A stretch of 64,000 bases of DNA from the IMG/VR virus record IMGVR_UViG_3300037116_000299, positions 62,001-126,000 of that record; one strand, written 5' to 3'. Shown piece by piece: positions 58,200 to 64,000 of the stretch. A model generated the notes under the pieces. It was not told the DNA's origin. It did not search any database and was given only the letters and a program-made list of their open reading frames with translations. Positions within the stretch are counted from its first letter, which is position 1. Every line of letters starts with the position of its first letter. The position numbers and the translations under genes were made by a program.

Positions 58200-58678
58200 C
58201 AGGCTGCCTTATCCAGGGGCTCGAGGTACGACAGGCTGATGCGGAAAGCATCGGCGATCTTGGTGAACGATCCCGGCTTGCTTTCCAGCACATCCGGGTC
58301 CGCCATTAGGTCGGTCCAGACGATCTCGAGAGCCTCCTTGTTGGAGTGAATCCGCTTGGCCAGGGCCAGCATGGGGAATGGCGACAGCAGGTCGTTGACT
58401 TCGGTCTTGGCCTGCTCCATGGCGGTGTTGAAGCCGAGGTTCCGGGTGGAGACGAACAGTTCGTTCGCCCTGAACTGGATCAGGTACATCGAGACGATTG
58501 CCTTGGCCCGAGGGTCGATGATGATCTGCATGATGGCCGCCTTGATGGCGTCTTCGAAGTTGTCGGGATTGGCCTTGAGACGTTCAATGGTCTCGGTGAT
58601 GACTTCCCCGATGTAACAGCTGCCGGTCACAACGCGGTCGACGGACTCGAAGATTCCGAGGGCTGAGGGTTTCGACAT
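58199..58678 (-). CDS. hypothetical protein
   Basis: ORF with strong codon bias. Confidence 0.6.
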   Translation of the reverse strand: MSKPSALGIFESVDRVVTGSCYIGEVITETIERLKANPDNFEDAIKAAIMQIIIDPRAKAIVSMYLIQFRANELFVSTRNLGFNTAMEQAKTEVNDLLSPFPMLALAKRIHSNKEALEIVWTDLMADPDVLESKPGSFTKIADAFRISLSYLEPLDKAA

Positions 58679-58894
58679 GATGAAGCTCCATGACCTGTTC
58701 GAGGTCAGTGCTGCAGGTTAGTAAACCGAGGTGGCGGAGACGGCCGCGTTGGTCGCGGTGTTGTTGGACTTCAGGAAGGCGGCGAGGATAAGCGCAGTGA
58801 TGACCCCGGCGATTATCCGAACAAGGATCGAGGCGATGAACGTAGCCATGGACTGCTCCAGCTTGGATTTGACAACCGATGAATCTGAAACGGG

Positions 58895-58912
58895 ATAGGG
58901 TGAAACACTTAG
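58895..58912 (-). promoter_or_regulatory. representative copy of recurrent 18-bp intergenic motif CTAAGTGTTTCACCCTAT
   Basis: About 13 same-orientation copies across the window (see findings). Confidence 0.7.
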
Positions 58913-58984
58913 AGACCCGACGCCGGGACAGGAAGGAGAATGGACCCATCCCGGCGCTCCAGCACACTGAGTGCGCTGGAAAAC

Positions 58985-59236
58985 TTAGCGCCGCTTGGCC
59001 TGCCGCTTCTGCGGCTTGCCGAACAGCACCTCGGAGACCGCCGCGTCGAAAGCGCGCGTGAAGGGCATGGTCTTGAGGGTGTGCTGCAGCTTGGGAGCCA
59101 AGCCTGGCAGCGCAGTGTGCGCGGAACGAACCACGGTGTTGCGACCAACATCGGTGGTAGCCGCCGCAAGGTTGTGGACAAAGCCGTCACGAATCAGCTG
59201 ACGGCCATCGGGGTTGAGGGTGGCAACATTGAGCAT
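58985..59236 (-). CDS. hypothetical protein
   Basis: GGAGG SD. Confidence 0.55.
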   Translation of the reverse strand: MLNVATLNPDGRQLIRDGFVHNLAAATTDVGRNTVVRSAHTALPGLAPKLQHTLKTMPFTRAFDAAVSEVLFGKPQKRQAKRR

Positions 59237-59955
59237 GGAACTACCTCCGTGGGATAAACAACATCAGGTGAGTGGAGCAGGGCTCAACACTCAGAACTAT
59301 GCGGCGTCAACACTAGGCTCGTAAGACAGTCGGCCAGCCCCGAAGGGCCCCGTAATGTCCGGAGAGGGTTTGCGTATGTAGCCGCTTCACATGCTGAATC
59401 TGACATCTTGCCGTGCCGTACCAGATCGGTAGTCCCGCCACAAGAACCGGCTCAAGTCCGGGTTATGACGGCCGCCTGGGCAGCGCTGTCGCTAGTCAAG
59501 ATTCGAGGGACATATCTCGCCCTCATTGCAGGTGGAAAGGGTCGGGGTGATTGGCTCACCCCTTGAAGCCTTACAGCTTGGCCGGCGGCGTGGAACGCAC
59601 CGGATTGACCACAACAGGCTTGGGGCCTGTGTAGTCCGTCCCGTACTCACGACGGAACGAGGTTGGCATACAGCCAGCCAGCATGGTGCGCTGACTGGTC
59701 TCAAGCCGCCGCGCAAAACCTGCGGTGGCGCAACGGGGCGTAACTGCATGACGAACAGCTGCCATGGCAATCTCCTTGAAGCGTTGAATTGTGGGTGGGC
59801 GTTACAGGATTGAAACTACCGGCTCTGCCAGGGCAGGACCGGGATGTCGGGGAAGTCGTTGATCAGCTCTTCGATTGAGCCAACGTAGCGATGAAGCCGG
59901 CCGCCACAGAGGACGGCCAGCTCACCAGCAGGCGACATGAATGCCGCGGTGGCCA

Positions 59956-60378
59956 CTAGAACCGAACCCAGTGAGGACGGATCGTGCTGTCAGCACTGAG
60001 GAATTCCTCATGGAATGAACCACCGAAGCGGCAGGTGATGGCATAGTCCACGAACTCCTTGGCCTCTCGAAGCGAGGCTGTCGGAACGATCCGGCGAACG
60101 TGCTTGATAGCCACGATCTTGTTATGCCGCATACTGTCGAAGGTCTGGATGAAGATGGCCAGGCTCTTCTGCGCATCCGAGGTCAGCGCTTCCAGCGGAT
60201 TGCCGGGAAAGACGGCAGGCGGAGGAGTGGGAAAGCCGAGCATGAGGTTCTGAGCGAACGCCATGGTGGAACGAGCTTGGGGCTCGTCGAGACCCTCGAC
60301 TGTGAGGTCGAAGTGCGAGGGCGCACCGGCCGGAGCGAAAGGCGCTTCCGACCGAGAGAGGTGAATTGAACCGAGCAT
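59956..60378 (-). CDS. ribosomal protein L7/L12 C-terminal-domain-like protein
   Basis: NKIVAIKHVRRIVPTASLREAKEFVD. Confidence 0.65.
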   Translation of the reverse strand: MLGSIHLSRSEAPFAPAGAPSHFDLTVEGLDEPQARSTMAFAQNLMLGFPTPPPAVFPGNPLEALTSDAQKSLAIFIQTFDSMRHNKIVAIKHVRRIVPTASLREAKEFVDYAITCRFGGSFHEEFLSADSTIRPHWVRF

Positions 60379-60584
60379 GGATGCTCTCCTTGTTGCAGGG
60401 TGTTGAAACAAACGGTGGTGCAGTGAGCGGAGCCAGGCTCAACGCTCGAAACTTGCGGCCCTGTACCCGACAGGGCCTGCAGTGGTGCGACCGCGGGCGT
60501 CAGAGATACACCCAGGGTTTGCTACGTGGAGAATCAGTAGAAAGGTTGGAGGATGGGGGTAGAGAAACCCATCGGGTGAAACTC

Positions 60585-60872
60585 TTAGGCGTGGGCACAC
60601 TGTACGGCTTGAACGCCGTACTGCGTAATCACGAAGGCAGTCCAGGGCTTGACACGATCAAGAAGAGCCTGCAGCTGATCCCGGACAGCGAGATAGAAGG
60701 GGCCCATGCACAGCCTGAGTCCTTCAACAGCGGTGGCCTGAGCGTTGAGATAATCTCCAAGCGCTTCATACTTCAGAGCTTCCTCGAAGTACAGCTCACC
60801 ACGGGTCTTGGCCATCGACTTGATGGCCCTGCTAACGCAGAGCATGTGCTCTTCGGTTGGGGTGCGGTACAT
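60585..60872 (-). CDS. hypothetical protein
   Basis: GGAGG SD before MYRTP. Confidence 0.55.
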   Translation of the reverse strand: MYRTPTEEHMLCVSRAIKSMAKTRGELYFEEALKYEALGDYLNAQATAVEGLRLCMGPFYLAVRDQLQALLDRVKPWTAFVITQYGVQAVQCAHA

Positions 60873-61694
60873 AGTCCCTCCTTTCAAGGGTGTAAACGCA
60901 AAAGTTCGGCGGCGTCAGAGATCAAACGGAAGGAGCGAGGATCTCGTCTACAAGAGCACGAAGCTCAGCTAAACGATCCTGGTTATTGTTCAACCAGGCA
61001 ATGAAGACCTCTTCCTTCCACTGAGGGTCAGTCAGAGAACTGACTGGACCCTGAGTCGCTGATTCCGGTATACCCAACTGCTCGTTGGTGGGTTCGATCT
61101 GCATACTGCCTCCGTTCAAAGCTTGAGTGGGGCTGTGAGTACAGCCCATAAGGGATAGCCCTTAGGGTGATTGCTATATATAGATAGGCACTGAATCCAC
61201 AACGGACTATCTGCAGGTTGTCTTACACCATGCATGTGATAGCTGTAATTGGGCTTACACTGCCTTTATGGGCACAGACCAGGTCTCTCCGTCCTATCAG
61301 ACATCAGGAAGCTCACGCGTGCGCGCGCTCCAAAGCTCTGCTAAGCAGGCTAACCTGCTGATCTGGCTATGGTTATGCTGTGATCCTGTGGAGTGGGCTC
61401 TGAATGCCTGTTGCGCTAGCACTACTGCATAGCTGAGCATGCTCCAAAGAGCCCGCCTCTCGGCATCCGCCTGTGCGGATGCGAGATGCTGGCGGAGGAG
61501 CGACCCCCGGAGGGGTGGCGACTACATGTCAGTGCGACCTGTGAGTTCACGTTGGACGCCCAGGTTTCCCCGGTCAACGCCCAGCGCTACTGTCACAGAC
61601 ACTGCGCTTGGAGCGGTATGCGCTCCCTCAGCCACAGGATTGTCCTGCAGCTGAGGCAGAGCGTACTGCTCTGCCCTTGAATCAGGTGGTGCGA

Positions 61695-64000
61695 TTAGAA
61701 CACTACGTCGGCGAGTTCTCCGGCTGAGACTGCTTCGGCCAGGTTGGCCTTGAAGTCGGAGCGGAGTTCAGGGATGGCCTCGGCGATGACGATGACGCCG
61801 CCGGCAGACATCGAGTAATAGCCATCCGGCAATGTCGGATGAGCGGTTACTGACAGCTGCGAGTCGTTGTCCACATCATGCACGTGGCCATTGGTTGCGC
61901 GTACCAGGCGATGGACGGAGGTGCCCTTGAGCATCTCCTTCACCTTGTACTTGAGGTGGATGAACGCGACCTGACCGGTCAGGCCCAGTTCCTCCATGCA
62001 GTCCATCAGCTCGTTGAGCATCCAGTTGGGGACGCCGTCACCTACGCTGATGGTCTTGCCGTCCTCGGACACCAGGGCCTCGGACTCCATCGAGTACACC
62101 TTGTTGAGCCACTCGACTGCGATCGAGCGACGCACTTCAGGCGACCAGGCGCCGCCGCTGATGGAGAGCTTGACGCCCTCCCCTTCGGAGGTGAACTGGT
62201 TGAGGTAGAAGTCCCTGAGACCGAGGTGATGCAGTGTGGTGCTGCTCACGATACGGCCTTCGGCATCCTTCACATCGATCGGCTCATCCCAGCCATTGGC
62301 GATGTTGTCATACGCATCCTCAGACAGCTCGCCCGTGAGGGACTTGGCTGCTTCGAACTGCGCACGCCACCAGACGCGCAACGCTTTGACGACGTCGGTG
62401 ATGACATCGCTGCCGGGATAGGCCATGAGCAGCTGCAGAGGCAGCGGCTTCTTGAAGCTGTGCTCGAGCTGACGGGATTCCTCCATGATTCCCTCATAGT
62501 GGTCCTTCAGCTCTTCCAGAGCAGCGCAGACCTCGGTACGGACCAGCAGGTAGTTGCCTGCTTCGATCCGGTCCTTGGGTGCACGGCCCTGGCGGACGTA
62601 GGATGCCGGGAAGATGAGAGTCTTCTCCGACAGCTTGGCCTCCTGGCACAGTTCGGTCACCATCTTCTTGTTGCCCTTACCCTGCTGCAGGTAGTCGATG
62701 ACCATGTCCGAGTTGCTCGCTGCGCGCTTGCACAGGAAGGGCTGGCGCACCTTCATGAACGTGATGCACAGCTGGACGAAGTCCTCCACCTCCGGCTTGT
62801 AGTCCACGGGGATGAATTCCCAGAACCACTCCGGGCTGTTGATCTTGACGTCTTCCAACGACATGGCATGGAAGCCCTTCGGCACGATGTATGTGCCGTT
62901 GATGAGGGAGTCCAGGATCACGACCACGTTGTCGCCCGACAGCATGTTGTCGAGCGTGAGGCGGTTGATGAAGGTACCCAAGCTCTCACGATACTGCGTG
63001 AAGTGCTTGAGGTCCCGACGGAAGCAGTTCCAGTTCCACTCGTCCCCGATACCCTCATGGGTGAGGCGGTTACGTGCGGCCCAGTGGCTGTCCTTCTTCT
63101 CTTCAACCGAGATCTTCGGCTGCTTCGGATACTCCTGGATCTTGGCTGCAACTCGGAGGACATACACCGAGTTCCAGAAGACCCAGATCGAGTCATCCAT
63201 ATCACCACCGTTGAGATAGCTCAGCTGTTCAGCGATCCGTTCGAGCAGGAAGCAACGGCCTTGGCCCTTGTACTTCTTCAGCTCTGCCGGGATGTAGTTG
63301 AGGAATACTAATGCTTCTGCACTGCAGGCATTGGGATTACGACCTGCTGTCACCAACACACCGTCTGGTGCATCCGGCATGCAGTTGACGAAGACAGGAA
63401 TGCCCAAGCGATCCGAGCACATCTGAGCACGTGCCATGATGTGATCCGGAACCTTGGACAGGGTGAGATCCACGATGCGCTCATCGTCGACGAATACGGT
63501 CGGCGGTGGTGCGACGTAGACACGACGCGCCCACTCATGAGGCATGGGCACACGGCCCCGACGTAAGTCGAGGATGTTGTCGAACAGGTGACGAGTGACG
63601 CGACGGAAGCCCACAGGCATAGCCTTGGTTCCGATCCCGTCCTCCGCCATGCGCACCAGCGCCCAGCGGTTCTCGCTCTCATCGTTGCAGGAGTTGACGA
63701 ATGCACTGATCTCATCGAGCAGCTTGCCTTCGTCGCTGCCGAACAGGATAGCCGCCGCACGGTCCATATACTTGATACCAGTGGTGGCTGCCAAGCCCTT
63801 GGCACCCAGGCCCATGTTGCCCATGGTCTGGTTGTCGAGGGTGAGGTCATGCTCCTCAGCATCCGAGAGTGCACCCAGGAAGACGCGGTCATCCACGAAG
63901 CGAACCTCCTTCTTCGAACCGAAGAGATAGAGGTCGTAGCTGCGCATGTGCGGCATCTTCCAGTAAATGCCCTTGCCTTCGCCGAACTCGCCGACGAGGG
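61695..64000 (-). CDS. probable single-subunit double-psi beta-barrel RNA polymerase (YonO/eukaryotic RdRP-like), 5' end beyond window
   Basis: Frame stays open to the window edge (LVGEFGEGKG...); GRNPN followed ~45 aa later by LNGGDMDDSIWV, echoing the RxP and DxDxD motifs of DPBB polymerases. Confidence 0.6.
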   Translation of the reverse strand, partial: LVGEFGEGKGIYWKMPHMRSYDLYLFGSKKEVRFVDDRVFLGALSDAEEHDLTLDNQTMGNMGLGAKGLAATTGIKYMDRAAAILFGSDEGKLLDEISAFVNSCNDESENRWALVRMAEDGIGTKAMPVGFRRVTRHLFDNILDLRRGRVPMPHEWARRVYVAPPPTVFVDDERIVDLTLSKVPDHIMARAQMCSDRLGIPVFVNCMPDAPDGVLVTAGRNPNACSAEALVFLNYIPAELKKYKGQGRCFLLERIAEQLSYLNGGDMDDSIWVFWNSVYVLRVAAKIQEYPKQPKISVEEKKDSHWAARNRLTHEGIGDEWNWNCFRRDLKHFTQYRESLGTFINRLTLDNMLSGDNVVVILDSLINGTYIVPKGFHAMSLEDVKINSPEWFWEFIPVDYKPEVEDFVQLCITFMKVRQPFLCKRAASNSDMVIDYLQQGKGNKKMVTELCQEAKLSEKTLIFPASYVRQGRAPKDRIEAGNYLLVRTEVCAALEELKDHYEGIMEESRQLEHSFKKPLPLQLLMAYPGSDVITDVVKALRVWWRAQFEAAKSLTGELSEDAYDNIANGWDEPIDVKDAEGRIVSSTTLHHLGLRDFYLNQFTSEGEGVKLSISGGAWSPEVRRSIAVEWLNKVYSMESEALVSEDGKTISVGDGVPNWMLNELMDCMEELGLTGQVAFIHLKYKVKEMLKGTSVHRLVRATNGHVHDVDNDSQLSVTAHPTLPDGYYSMSAGGVIVIAEAIPELRSDFKANLAEAVSAGELADVVF

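Noticed and set aside
59469-59482. ZTP riboswitch-like 3' segment CGGCCGCCTGGGCA
   Set aside because: The 5' aptamer half is absent and it is antisense to local genes
1618-60588. CRISPR array from the 18-bp repeats
   Set aside because: Copies are degenerate, kilobases apart and have no regular spacers; no cas genes

Overview
This is a 64-kb segment of a large, GC-rich bacteriophage (or phage-like mega-element). It is densely packed with short genes, almost all on the minus strand. There is no structural operon, integrase or CRISPR array in the window. Replication and repair genes: RecD2 helicase (partial), SSB, RNase HI, HNH nuclease, ATP-dependent DNA ligase with a LigD-type phosphoesterase region, ThyX and thioredoxin. 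A probable single-subunit double-psi-barrel (YonO/RdRP-like) RNA polymerase runs off the right edge. The translation-rescue and tRNA-repair set is unusually complete: peptide deformylase, Pth2, SpoU methylase, T4-like RNA ligase 1, PNK/phosphatase, CCA-adding enzyme, a second nucleotidyltransferase, six intact tRNAs plus two altered ones, and a circularly permuted (two-piece) tmRNA with a 32-aa tag. The tRNA region also holds several non-canonical RNAs: a tRNA whose anticodon loop is replaced by a 57-nt pseudoknot, a 49-nt alanine minihelix ending in ACCA, two CCA-ending pseudoknots, a long-variable-arm tRNA-Trp and several multi-stem ncRNA candidates. An asymmetric 18-bp motif (about CTAAGWRKTTCACCCKAT) recurs about 13 times in intergenic gaps in one orientation and is a candidate promoter for the phage polymerase. 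A lower-GC island (~14.05-19.8 kb) next to a damaged tRNA-His carries an HTH / Ser-Thr kinase / TPR operon. About 20 proteins end in -AA, like ssrA degrons. All family calls come from motif recognition by eye; no database searches were run.
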